NCBI GenBank assembly: GCA_041641305.1
Contig: JBEPYN010000001.1
Span: forward strand, 320,001 to 384,000
Direction of reading: 5' to 3'
Origin: Nitrososphaerota archaeon
GTDB taxonomy: Archaea > Thermoproteota > Nitrososphaeria_A > Caldarchaeales > Caldarchaeaceae
DNA length: 64,000 bases
A program made the translations under genes and the position numbers. Below, one piece after another: positions 36,902-46,316 of this stretch; position 1 is the stretch's first letter, and every line of letters begins with the position of its first letter. The notes under the pieces are model-generated. The model was not told the origin of the DNA, ran no database searches, and saw nothing but the letters and a program-made list of their open reading frames with translations.

Positions 36902-37629
36902 TGGATCAGCATTTTCTCGTGGACAGGGCTGTTGTGGAGCGTCTGGTTGAGGCGGCTGAGCTTACCAGCGATGATGTTGTTCTCGACGTTGGGGCGGGGA
37001 CAGGCGTGCTGGCTTTCGAGGCGGCCAAGTATGCCAAAAAGGTGTACGCTGTCGAAAGCGACCCACTGGTCTTCAAGAGGTTGAACGAGGAAGCACAGAC
37101 TTATGGTAACGTTGTGGCCGTGAGAGGCAACATCCTCCGCCTAAGGCTTCCATCCTACACCAAGATTGTCGCCAACCCGCCTTTCAGCGTGCTCGAGCCA
37201 CTCATCATCCGACATCTCAAAAACCCTGTTACCATGTCACTTCTCACACCCAAACACTTCGCAGACAGCCTCCTCTCCACAGACACAGTCATCGGGTTCA
37301 AAACACATCTAAGCTACATCGTCGAGGAGAAAGGTGTTTACGACGGCAGGGTATGTGATCCTCCCTACCCCGGCAAACTATCCCATGTCTTGTTGAAACC
37401 TGTCGAAAATACGGCGCTTCAGAATGCTATGGTGATGTTTCTTCTTCAACCCGGCTCCAAGGTGAGGAACAGCCTACGTAACGTGTTGTGGAAAAAATGC
37501 ACCAAACGCGAGGCCACCAAGCTCGTCGAGCTATCCAGCCTTCCAGACACTCTGCTGGAAAAACGCGTAAGCCGCACCACAATCCAAGACCTGAAGCAGA
37601 TCTACGGCTTTTTGGCGGAAAACGTTTAA
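36901..37629 (+). CDS. rsmA: 16S rRNA adenine dimethyltransferase (KsgA/Dim1)
   Basis: QHFLVD, VLDVGAGTG, VYAVESD and IVANPPF motifs. Confidence 0.88.
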   Translation: MDQHFLVDRAVVERLVEAAELTSDDVVLDVGAGTGVLAFEAAKYAKKVYAVESDPLVFKRLNEEAQTYGNVVAVRGNILRLRLPSYTKIVANPPFSVLEPLIIRHLKNPVTMSLLTPKHFADSLLSTDTVIGFKTHLSYIVEEKGVYDGRVCDPPYPGKLSHVLLKPVENTALQNAMVMFLLQPGSKVRNSLRNVLWKKCTKREATKLVELSSLPDTLLEKRVSRTTIQDLKQIYGFLAENV

Positions 37630-37665
37630 GAATAGACCGTTCAAGCTGATGGTTGAGAGCTTGTT

Positions 37666-37739
37666 GGCCGAGGTGGGGTAGCCTGGTAGCCCTCAGGGCT
37701 GTGGACCCTGCAGCGCGAGTTCGAATCTCGCCCTCGGCC
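37666..37739 (+). tRNA. tRNA-His(GTG) with genome-encoded G-1
   Basis: G-GCCGAGG...CAGGG-CTGTGGA-CCCTG...GCGAGTTCGAATCTCGC-CCTCGGC-C. Confidence 0.95.
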
Positions 37740-37772
37740 CTTATATACACCATAGAAATTTGTTGAACAGGT

Positions 37773-39230
37773 TTGAGGATAAGCCTGGTTCTGACAGTTG
37801 TCACCGCCTTTGCGACGTTGGTGCTGATACCTTTCGCTGTGGGCAGCTTGTCAGTGTTTCTGGCTTTCGTTGTCTCGGTTGTATTCGCTCTCATTCTATT
37901 AGTTGATGCTCTGATTTCAGACGGCGGCCGCCGTAGGATGCATGTTCCCTCGATGGTTTTGGGTTACTCCACCGTGGTAGTTCCAAGCCTCGCGACGCTG
38001 CTCATCTTCGTTGAGGAGTTCAACTTTTTCAGAGACTGGTATAAGCCCATCATGCTCGCCAGCTACGCGGCCCTGTTTCTCACTAACCTGATGTTCCTAC
38101 CACTGGCCGCCGCCAACTACAGGCGGGAGGAAAGAGCCCTAGCCGAGCAGACCTATTTTCCACCGGTCTCGGTCATCGTCCCGGCCTACAACGAGGAGAA
38201 ATGGATAGGACACTGCATAGAGGCCCTGCTTGAGAACGATTACCCCAGCAAGGAGATCATCGTCGTCGACGATGGCAGCGTTGACAGAACCTATGAGATA
38301 GCAAGCAGATACGTTAGAAGAGGCGTTACCGTTCTGAGGAAACCCAACGGCGGAAAAGCCTCGGCCCTCAACTATGGAATGTTGTTCGCCACCGGTGAAA
38401 TCATCGTCACCGTCGACGCGGACAGCATCTTGACGAGGGATACACTGCGGCGGATTGTGCTACCTTTTAGGGATGAGAAGGTGGTCGGGGTCGCGGGCAA
38501 CGTCCGGGTCGTGAACCGGGTCAACTGGCTCACCAAGAACCAAGCCCTCGAATACGTCACACAGCTAAACATAACGAGGAGAGCAACGTCTTTTCTCGGC
38601 GTTGTGCAGGTGATGCCTGGGCCTCTGGCGGCCTTTAGACGCAGCATAGCCGCAACACTTGGAGGATACGACCGCATCACTTTGACCGAGGACTTCGACC
38701 TCACCGTGAAGCTTCTCAAAACAGGCGGAGTCATACAAGCTCCACCCGGCGCCTTCGCCTTCACAGAGGCTCCGTCTAGTCTCCGAGACCTTTACAGGCA
38801 GCGTCTCAGATGGTATAGGGGGAACACGCAGGTTTTAATGAGGCATTCCGACGCCTTCAGGGTGAGGAGATACGGGCGGCTGAGCCAGCTTGTGTTTCCT
38901 CTCATGGTTTTGCAGCAGATAGTTATTCCTTTGCTGGGGGTAGCATCTATTCCAGCGGCCGTACTCATCATACTCGCTGGTGGACTGGGTTATGTGCTGC
39001 GCCTCCTCGCGGTCTTCAGCGTTCTCCAGCTATGTCTCTCGCTTATTGCTTTGGACATGCAGGATGAGGATGTTAGGCTTGGTATCTATGCGCCCTTCGC
39101 AGTAGTCGGCTACAAGCATCTCCTCGACATCATCGCGTTGAAGGCAGTTTTCGACATCCTTGTTCTGAGACGGAGGCCGGGGTGGACTCGGGCGGAGAAG
39201 AAGGGGCTGGAGGTTACACTCCGTTCCTGA
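37773..39230 (+). CDS. membrane-bound family 2 glycosyltransferase (processive, CesA/PgaC-like)
   Basis: VIVPAYNEE, VVDDGS.D, GKA.ALN, VDAD, TEDFD and QRLRW motifs; TM segments at both ends. Confidence 0.93.
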   Translation: MRISLVLTVVTAFATLVLIPFAVGSLSVFLAFVVSVVFALILLVDALISDGGRRRMHVPSMVLGYSTVVVPSLATLLIFVEEFNFFRDWYKPIMLASYAALFLTNLMFLPLAAANYRREERALAEQTYFPPVSVIVPAYNEEKWIGHCIEALLENDYPSKEIIVVDDGSVDRTYEIASRYVRRGVTVLRKPNGGKASALNYGMLFATGEIIVTVDADSILTRDTLRRIVLPFRDEKVVGVAGNVRVVNRVNWLTKNQALEYVTQLNITRRATSFLGVVQVMPGPLAAFRRSIAATLGGYDRITLTEDFDLTVKLLKTGGVIQAPPGAFAFTEAPSSLRDLYRQRLRWYRGNTQVLMRHSDAFRVRRYGRLSQLVFPLMVLQQIVIPLLGVASIPAAVLIILAGGLGYVLRLLAVFSVLQLCLSLIALDMQDEDVRLGIYAPFAVVGYKHLLDIIALKAVFDILVLRRRPGWTRAEKKGLEVTLRS

Positions 39231-39582
39231 CACTCTTTAAAATGTGTTGAGGAAGCTTCTCCCCCCACTTCTCGATAAAGGATTTGTCTAGCTTCCTATC
39301 CCTCATCTCATCGGGCAGCATCCTCGGAATCTCGTCGACCACAGGATACCATCTACCGCATCCACTGCATTCAACAAACCCAGCTGCTATCTCCAGGCCA
39401 TAGCATCTCTCACAATCGGTTTTAACAAGATCACGCACATAGCCGCCGTGAAAAGCGCAGTAAAGCTCACACTGTCTAACGAAAGGGGGCTTCTCGATAG
39501 ACTTCTCCTCGAAAACAACAAGCTTCAGCGGAAAAGATTTGCACATCGGGCAGGCGAGAATATCCATCAGCCGGTACTTCAT
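39214..39582 (-). CDS. trm112: Trm112 family methyltransferase activator
   Basis: MKYRLMDILACP.CK.FPL.L...C..CGRWYP..DEIP.MLPD. Confidence 0.9.
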   Translation of the reverse strand: MKYRLMDILACPMCKSFPLKLVVFEEKSIEKPPFVRQCELYCAFHGGYVRDLVKTDCERCYGLEIAAGFVECSGCGRWYPVVDEIPRMLPDEMRDRKLDKSFIEKWGEKLPQHILKSVRNGV

Positions 39583-39649
39583 GTAGACAAGCTTATATGG
39601 AATGATTTAAGCCATGAGCAGCTACACAAACACTATATAGCGTAAAATC

Positions 39650-40249
39650 TTGTCAAAAGCTTGGATGACTTCTGTCAAGGGTGTTGAAAAACCGCTCGAT
39701 GTCCTCGACCTGTTCATGGAAAGGTTTAGGATGCTCGGCGGATACGCGGCTTTAGCAGACAACCCTGAAACAGCCGCCGCAGTCGCTGCAGATTTTCTTA
39801 AACAACATGGGTCAAGGACTGTTTTCATCTCGAAGCTGCCGAAGGAGGTCATGCAACTGCTCGAGAAAAAGTTGGAGGAAATGGGCATCCAGATCTACAC
39901 ACATGAATCATCCAAGGACCCTGTCGCAGTAGTGAAAATGGTCGATGCAGGTATCTCCACGGCCGCGGCAGCGGTGGCTGAGACGGGGACATTCGTCGAG
40001 GTTGCCTTTGATGATGTTGAGCGACTAGTCTCGAGCTTCCCCAAAACCTATGTATGCTTTATCAACGGCTCCTCAGTAGTCAAGTCTGTATACATGACTG
40101 CTGGTCTTCTCCGCTCAGCTATGGAAAAGGATAGAGTTGCTGTGACGTTTATCTCGGGCCCGAGCAGGTCGGGTGATATTGAGCAGAGACTGGTTCTGGG
40201 CATTCACGGACCTCATCACGTGTTGGCGGTGGTGTGCGGCTGGCTTTGA
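39650..40249 (+). CDS. LUD domain protein (LutC-like)
   Basis: AVAETGT, FISGPSRSGDIEQ.LVLGIHGP. Confidence 0.9.
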   Translation: MSKAWMTSVKGVEKPLDVLDLFMERFRMLGGYAALADNPETAAAVAADFLKQHGSRTVFISKLPKEVMQLLEKKLEEMGIQIYTHESSKDPVAVVKMVDAGISTAAAAVAETGTFVEVAFDDVERLVSSFPKTYVCFINGSSVVKSVYMTAGLLRSAMEKDRVAVTFISGPSRSGDIEQRLVLGIHGPHHVLAVVCGWL

Positions 40250-42372
40250 AAAACGCTTCCGAACTCCATCGTATTCTCTCTGGGAAGGTGGCAGCCGTCC
40301 TTCCGAGAAGCGAATGGAGAAGGTATCTACGGGAGGCTCTTTTCAGGACACTTGATAAAAGGAGAGAAGCTATACAGATTATGGCCCCCGACTTTGAAAA
40401 GTTTAGGAACGACGCGCGGATGGCGAAAGCGCATGCTGTGGAGAAGCTCGACAAGCTTCTGCAATTGTTCATCCAAAACTGCGAGAAAAAGGGGGTGAAG
40501 GTCTATGTCGCTAAAGATGCGGAGCAGGCGTGCCATTTCGTCTACCGCATAGCTATGGAGAAGAACGCGCGGCTAATCACGAAGAGCAAGTCGATGACCA
40601 CTGAGGAGATTGGGCTTAACCAGTTTCTCGAGAAGCAAGGGCTCAGGGTTGTTGACACAGATTTGGGGGAGCTGATTGTCCAGCTCGCGGGAGAAAGGCC
40701 CTTCCATCTCGTCTACCCCGCTGTCCACAAAACACGCCAAGATGTTGCAAAACTCTTCAGCCAAGAAGCAGGCAGAATGCTGAGCGACGACATCAGCGAG
40801 TTGATGAACTTCGCCCGCGAATATTTGAGAGAAAAGTTTCTCACAGCCGATTTAGCAATAACAGGAGTAAACATAGCTATTGCGGAGACAGGCACCGTAG
40901 TTGTTGAGACAAACGAAGGAAACGATAGACTGGGCAACATCCCTGCCAAAACATACATAGCCGTCATGGGTATGGAGAAACTGGTCGAAAAAATTGAGGA
41001 CGCGCTCAAGCTCATAGTCGCACATCCTGTAAGCTCAACAGGCCAGTGGCTCACAAACTACGTCTCATTCCTCACCGGGCGAACACCGTTAGCGGACAGC
41101 CTTGAAGACCGTGAGATGCACGTCGTCATAATCGATAACGGACGCTCGGCGATGCGCGATGACCCCGTTTTCCGCGAAGCACTCTACTGCATAAGATGCG
41201 GAGCATGTATGAATATCTGCCCCACATTCTCATCTCTCGGCGGACACGTTTTCGGACACATCTACACAGGCCCCATAGGAATTCCTTGGACAGCCTTTGT
41301 ACACGGCCTCGAGAAAGCCGCGGAATTCGCCCCACTATGCATTTCCTGCGGACTATGTAGAGAAATCTGTCCAACGATAATCGACATGCCCTACATGATT
41401 GCCGAGGTAAAGCACCGCTACATACGCGAGGGTGGACAACTCTTCGTCAACAAGGTCGTCGAAAGCTATGAAACAGCCTACAGAATAGGCTCCAAGTTTC
41501 CAAGGCTCTTCAACCGCCTAATCTCCTCCTCTACAGTTCGCGCCTTGATGGAAAAGTTTCTGGGGATAGAGCGTAGAAGAACGCTGCCGGAGATCGCCGC
41601 CCGACCTCTAGACAAACTTCTAAATGGAAAAGTTGTCGACAACGGTGCCGATGCCGTGTTTTTCGCGGACTTTTTCGCGAGATATCTGAGACCTGACATC
41701 GGGGCGAAGGCTGTAGAGGCCCTTAAAGCAGCGGGCTACAGGGTTTCGTTTCCACCTCAGCGCTCAAGCGGATATCCATACTTCGCCTACGGAGACCTCG
41801 ACAAAGCACGGAAACACGCCGAATTCAACGTCCGAAGCCTATCCAAAGCACTCGGAGACGATGCAGTAATCGTCTCCATAGAGCCGACGGCAACCTACAC
41901 CCTAAAACATCTCTACCCTAAGCTACTGAACCACGTCGCGGAGGCAGAGAAAGTCGCCGATGCAACCATCTCCCTAACCATGTTGCTACACAACCTTGTT
42001 GAAGACGGTAAACTGGAGTCAAAAGCCATGATAGAGGGCCGTGCGGCGGTCCACGTTCCATGCCATGAGCGAGCATTCAACTCATGCCGCGAAGTCGTAG
42101 CACTTCTAAACACGGCCGGAATAGATGCAACAGTCGTCGAGACGGGAACATGCTGCGGCATGGCTGGCACATTCGGCATGAAGCATGGCGTACTTGGGTA
42201 TGATCTATCCAACGCTGTGGGAGAGGAGCTTTTCAGCAGGATGAGAGCAAGCGGCTGCAGCTACGTCGTCTCCACAAGCAGCGTCTGCAAAATACACATC
42301 AACGACGCAACGTCTCTCCCAGTCTACCACCCTCTCGAAACTCTCGAATTCACCGCCCAGCATACGCGATAA
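40234..42372 (+). CDS. LutB-type LUD/4Fe-4S protein fused to CCG domains (lactate utilisation oxidoreductase)
   Basis: KSKSMTTEE, TDLGE.IVQ, NEGN, CIRCGAC.N.CP, CISCGLC...CP; C-terminal HVPCH and CCGMAG. Confidence 0.9.
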   Translation: MRLALKNASELHRILSGKVAAVLPRSEWRRYLREALFRTLDKRREAIQIMAPDFEKFRNDARMAKAHAVEKLDKLLQLFIQNCEKKGVKVYVAKDAEQACHFVYRIAMEKNARLITKSKSMTTEEIGLNQFLEKQGLRVVDTDLGELIVQLAGERPFHLVYPAVHKTRQDVAKLFSQEAGRMLSDDISELMNFAREYLREKFLTADLAITGVNIAIAETGTVVVETNEGNDRLGNIPAKTYIAVMGMEKLVEKIEDALKLIVAHPVSSTGQWLTNYVSFLTGRTPLADSLEDREMHVVIIDNGRSAMRDDPVFREALYCIRCGACMNICPTFSSLGGHVFGHIYTGPIGIPWTAFVHGLEKAAEFAPLCISCGLCREICPTIIDMPYMIAEVKHRYIREGGQLFVNKVVESYETAYRIGSKFPRLFNRLISSSTVRALMEKFLGIERRRTLPEIAARPLDKLLNGKVVDNGADAVFFADFFARYLRPDIGAKAVEALKAAGYRVSFPPQRSSGYPYFAYGDLDKARKHAEFNVRSLSKALGDDAVIVSIEPTATYTLKHLYPKLLNHVAEAEKVADATISLTMLLHNLVEDGKLESKAMIEGRAAVHVPCHERAFNSCREVVALLNTAGIDATVVETGTCCGMAGTFGMKHGVLGYDLSNAVGEELFSRMRASGCSYVVSTSSVCKIHINDATSLPVYHPLETLEFTAQHTR

Positions 42373-42736
42373 AGTCAATCTCCACCAAAAACTCTTTCCT
42401 AGGAAAATGAGCCACTACAGTTGTTCGAGCCGGAGGGCTCTTTGAAAAATATTGGCTGTAGACTTCGTTCATCGCCGCAAAGTCATCGGGGTTTCCCAGA
42501 TACACCGTCGCCTTTACCACGTGTTCTAAAGACAGGCCGGCTGCCTCGAGAATAGCCTTCGCGTTCTCGATCACCCGCCTAGTCTGAGACCTGATGTCTG
42601 TATCCTCAACTTTTCCGGTCGCAGGGTTTAGCGCAATCATTCCCGAGAGAAAAAGAAAATCGCCAACGCGAACAGCCTGCGAGTATGGGCCTATCGGCTT
42701 AGGAGCCTTCTCCGTGAAAATGATACCCTTTTGCAT
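42350..42736 (-). CDS. ridA: RidA/YjgF family enamine-imine deaminase
   Basis: APKPIGPYSQA, FLSG, MNEVY, PART, VEID. Confidence 0.95.
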   Translation of the reverse strand: MQKGIIFTEKAPKPIGPYSQAVRVGDFLFLSGMIALNPATGKVEDTDIRSQTRRVIENAKAILEAAGLSLEHVVKATVYLGNPDDFAAMNEVYSQYFSKSPPARTTVVAHFPRKEFLVEIDFIAYAGR

Positions 42737-42772
42737 GGACGGTGACATACTGCACCTCATTTAAGCTTTGCA

Positions 42773-43099
42773 TCATCTGGACCGTAAAGCATATGTTACC
42801 AGTCCAAGTGCTACGCCGATGATGAACCCGAGGGCAGAGTAGTTGTTTGATGCTAGTAGGGAGGCTAGTAGGTTAATGCCGTTGAAGAACGCGGCGATCA
42901 CCTGCTCAGATGAAATCGGTGAGCTAACACCTGCGAGTGATACGATAAATGGCAGCAAAACAGCCAAAACCACAACCACGATCAACACTTTCCAGAACCG
43001 CATCAACGCGAGCCCTGCTCCAAACCCTATGAAGAACCAAATAACCGCGAGAACAGTCGACTGATCTATCTGCAGGTTCATCAAACTAATTTTCCCCAC
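42773..43099 (-). CDS. small membrane protein (possibly FUN14-like)
   Basis: Hydrophobic helices with GFGAG.AL..FWK and GFIIG motifs. Confidence 0.6.
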   Translation of the reverse strand: MGKISLMNLQIDQSTVLAVIWFFIGFGAGLALMRFWKVLIVVVVLAVLLPFIVSLAGVSSPISSEQVIAAFFNGINLLASLLASNNYSALGFIIGVALGLVTYALRSR

Positions 43100-43143
43100 A
43101 TCAGCCTATATACTTTTTATCCACGGCATAGAAAGAACGTCAG

Positions 43144-43551
43144 ATGTCGTTCGTGGACGACTGGCTGGCGGAGACGATGAGACACGTCAACGACTCTCTA
43201 CCCCGCCGAGCCGCGAAGCTTTCATCGCTGCTGGAGATGGAGAAGCCATATGTTGAAACAGTTGGAGGAGGACGACACTACTTCGACAAAAGAGAGCTTG
43301 GAGAACTTTGGAGAAAACTGCCCCGGGAAGTCTCCGAAAACCTCTACCTGCCAATCGTATTCGCGAAAAACCTCGAGATGGGTGAGAACACATACATAGT
43401 AAGGGCCAGGGGCTCGGAGGCGGAGGCGTTCCGCATACTCATGGGCCTCAGAGAGCTCCCCACAGTCGACGGCCAGCCCTACACCTACAAACCCCTCGTC
43501 GCAGAATTCATCAACAGATACCCAACCCTCGCAGTAATGGGATACATATAA
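43144..43551 (+). CDS. DUF61 family protein
   Basis: N..LP....L..LL....P......G..H.FDK.EL......LP......LYLPI pattern. Confidence 0.75.
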   Translation: MSFVDDWLAETMRHVNDSLPRRAAKLSSLLEMEKPYVETVGGGRHYFDKRELGELWRKLPREVSENLYLPIVFAKNLEMGENTYIVRARGSEAEAFRILMGLRELPTVDGQPYTYKPLVAEFINRYPTLAVMGYI

Positions 43552-43597
43552 GCGACGTCTCCAAAGCAAGCTGATGAACAACGAAGACGCTGCGAAA

Positions 43598-43672
43598 CGG
43601 GCCCGGTGGGACTTGAACCCACGACCCCCGACTTAGAAGGCCGGTGCGCTATCCATTCTGCGCCACGGGCCC
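43598..43672 (-). tRNA. tRNA-Arg(TCT)
   Basis: Reverse complement GGGCCCGTGGCGCAG...CCGGC-CTTCTAA-GTCGG...GGTTCAAGTCCCACCGGGCCCG. Confidence 0.95.
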
Positions 43673-43729
43673 ACGGTAAAAAACTAAACCGACACCTAAT
43701 AAACATCGACTTCGCCACATTTGTTGAGC

Positions 43730-45160
43730 TTATTTTGTTCGTAGCCTGGGGTTTACTACTGGCTCCATACCCAGAGCTATGAGAACGAATCCGACAGCCG
43801 TAGAGACGATGAGCAAACCGGGTGGGAGAATCCACCACCAATACCCGAGGTAGATTGCGTTGTTTCTGAACCCCATTTCAAGAATTTGCCCCCATGTTGG
43901 TAGTGAGGGGTCTCCTAAACCAAGGAAACTTAGCGCTGCCTCAAGTAGAATGAAGTTTGGAACGAAGAAGATCATCTGAGCTATTATGAAAGGCGCTACC
44001 TGTGGAAATATGTGTAAGAAAACTAGTCTATAAACTGAGCTTCCAAGGACTCTGGCCACTTCTACAAACTGGGATTCCCTAATTTGCAGAACCAAAGACC
44101 TAACTACTATGGTTAGTCCAGGCCATCCAAAAACGATAAGCACCAAGATAATGTTGTTGATTGACGTTCCCAAGATAAAAATGAGGAAAATAGAAAGTGG
44201 CAGAAGTGGGATGTTATTTACTATGTCTGCTGTCCTTTGAATTATCTCGTCGACCCGTCCTCCTAGATAACCGCTCAAAACTCCAAGTATCGCTCCAATA
44301 ACTGTTACGATGATTGAAGTCACAATGCCTACGAAGAGTGATGTTGGAAAGCCGAGGATAAGTCCAACGGCAAGGTCGCGTCCAATTATGTCTGTGCCCA
44401 TTAATCCATAAACGGTTCCGCCCAAGACAAGAGCCATTTTAGAGAACGAGTCTCTTTCGTCGAATACTCTTGCAGTGATCTGGAACTCGTAAACGCCTTT
44501 CAGAACATCGGTATCGCCGTTATCTGAAATTTTCCCGAAAAGGTATCTCTGCACACCGATGGATCCCAATTGATCGGGTGAAATATCTAAACCATATCTT
44601 TCTCTTAGAAATATTGATGTCGCACGCCAGACTGAAGGCTCTGCATCCAGCTTAACTCTGAATGGAGAAGTGTCATACCTGATGTAGGGCGGGGTTTCAT
44701 TAGGTCTTGCAGGTGGAGGAATTACGGTTAGCAGGTCAATTCTATATCCGTCGGGTCGTATGAGCGACACTGTTATGACCGGGTTTAAGCGCCAGTAGCT
44801 CAGCTTTTCTATTCTGAGAAGGATGAATGTGGGGAACTCGTCCGCTGTGTATCTGTAACGAAGGGACCACCGTAGAATTCTCTCGTTTCCAACTGCTTCA
44901 ACCCGTGGTTCACCAGTTTCCAAAATCGTGTTTTCCAGACGGTTAAATCCTGTAAATATGGCGGTCCAGCCTGGAGGCGCGTTTTTTGGGTATTCTTCCC
45001 AAGCTGCCGGGTTGTTCCAAACAAACCTTGTGTAATCAGGGGTATAAACCACAACTACATAAATGGATGCTACGGCGAAAACCACGAGCATGGCGACACC
45101 GATTTTGGATTTTTTATATGACCAGAATACTCTGAAGGATTCTGCTGGTGAGAGAGCCAT
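43730..45160 (-). CDS. peptide ABC permease DppC/OppC-like with large extracellular insertion
   Basis: GTDIIGRD, SGYLGG..DE, EAALSFLGLGDP..PTWG, WWW..PPG. Confidence 0.92.
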   Translation of the reverse strand: MALSPAESFRVFWSYKKSKIGVAMLVVFAVASIYVVVVYTPDYTRFVWNNPAAWEEYPKNAPPGWTAIFTGFNRLENTILETGEPRVEAVGNERILRWSLRYRYTADEFPTFILLRIEKLSYWRLNPVITVSLIRPDGYRIDLLTVIPPPARPNETPPYIRYDTSPFRVKLDAEPSVWRATSIFLRERYGLDISPDQLGSIGVQRYLFGKISDNGDTDVLKGVYEFQITARVFDERDSFSKMALVLGGTVYGLMGTDIIGRDLAVGLILGFPTSLFVGIVTSIIVTVIGAILGVLSGYLGGRVDEIIQRTADIVNNIPLLPLSIFLIFILGTSINNIILVLIVFGWPGLTIVVRSLVLQIRESQFVEVARVLGSSVYRLVFLHIFPQVAPFIIAQMIFFVPNFILLEAALSFLGLGDPSLPTWGQILEMGFRNNAIYLGYWWWILPPGLLIVSTAVGFVLIALGMEPVVNPRLRTK

Positions 45161-46207
45161 TTAGATTCGAACCCTCGGGTCGAGCAAAACGTAGAGGATT
45201 TCCAGAACGAACCTTGCCGCGACGTACACAAGCGTGAAAATGTATGTCAGCCCTAGTATGAGGGCCTCGTCTGATGTGGTGATGGCTTGATAGAATAGGG
45301 AGCCTAGACCTGGCCAGGAAAAAACTGTCTCGGTAAGTATTGCTCCACCGATTGAACCCGCTAGGGCGAGAATAATGTTTGTTAAGATTGGTGGAGCAGA
45401 CACGCGCATCACATATCTTCTTCTGACGACGTTTTCGGGGAGTCCCCGGGCCTTGGCAGCCGTTACAAAGTCTTCCTGTGACACGTTGATGACGAGTGTT
45501 CTAGTAACGTAAATGCTTACCCCTACGTTTGCCAATACCAATACAGTGATTGGTAATGCCGCGTGCCATAGTAGGTCAAGAAACTTTCCGATTTCTGATT
45601 CGGGTGGAGGTGTACTGAACATTCCTCCAAATGGGAAGAGCCTAATATAGAATGCGAAAACGAGAATAAAAAGAATACCAACCCACCATGTTGGAAGTGC
45701 ATATGATATTGCCGAGAAATATGAGAATGATTGGTCTGTTTTGGAGCCAATTTTCATCGCAAGCCTCGGCCCGACCAGTAATCCGATCAACGAGTTGATG
45801 AGTATTGCTGTCGTGACTAAGAGAACTGTGTTAGGAATTCTCTCAACGATTATATCTGAGACTTTTTTGCTTCCGCTGAAGCTCTGTAGGTTTTTGGCGT
45901 TTCCGAGGTCGAGAAATATGATTCTCAAAACCATGCTACCCAACCTCGTGTACCACGGCTGATCAAGTCCATAGCTTTTGATGAGTTGTTGCTCATATTC
46001 GGTAACGGCTTTGTTTAGAGCCTCGGGGTCCGTAACCTGTCGTGTAATGCTTTGACGAAATGCTCGCACTTCTTCGTTGATTATTGCTCTTAACAGTTTA
46101 TCCGAGACACCTGTTGCGCCGATTAAGGCCGCGGTGAAGAAGAGAACTCCGAATAAAACAAGGGTTAAAGTTACTGCTTTGATAGCGAGAGACCTCTCCA
46201 GCCCCAT
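45161..46207 (-). CDS. peptide ABC permease DppB/OppB-like
   Basis: YGLDQP, ERIPNT, EDFVTAAKARGL, ETVFSWPGLG, LDPR. Confidence 0.93.
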   Translation of the reverse strand: MGLERSLAIKAVTLTLVLFGVLFFTAALIGATGVSDKLLRAIINEEVRAFRQSITRQVTDPEALNKAVTEYEQQLIKSYGLDQPWYTRLGSMVLRIIFLDLGNAKNLQSFSGSKKVSDIIVERIPNTVLLVTTAILINSLIGLLVGPRLAMKIGSKTDQSFSYFSAISYALPTWWVGILFILVFAFYIRLFPFGGMFSTPPPESEIGKFLDLLWHAALPITVLVLANVGVSIYVTRTLVINVSQEDFVTAAKARGLPENVVRRRYVMRVSAPPILTNIILALAGSIGGAILTETVFSWPGLGSLFYQAITTSDEALILGLTYIFTLVYVAARFVLEILYVLLDPRVRI

Positions 46208-46316
46208 GTACTGTTTACAGTTAAGTGTTCTGGAATATTAAGCATTTTTGGACAGACCGGGCATAACTTACAGTGTTGTGAAAAAATATAATTACCCCTT
46301 TGTCAGTTCATATAAC

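Noticed and set aside
43552-43597. Possible C/D box sRNA (TGATGA near 43572)
   Set aside because: No properly spaced CTGA D box or terminal stem before the tRNA.
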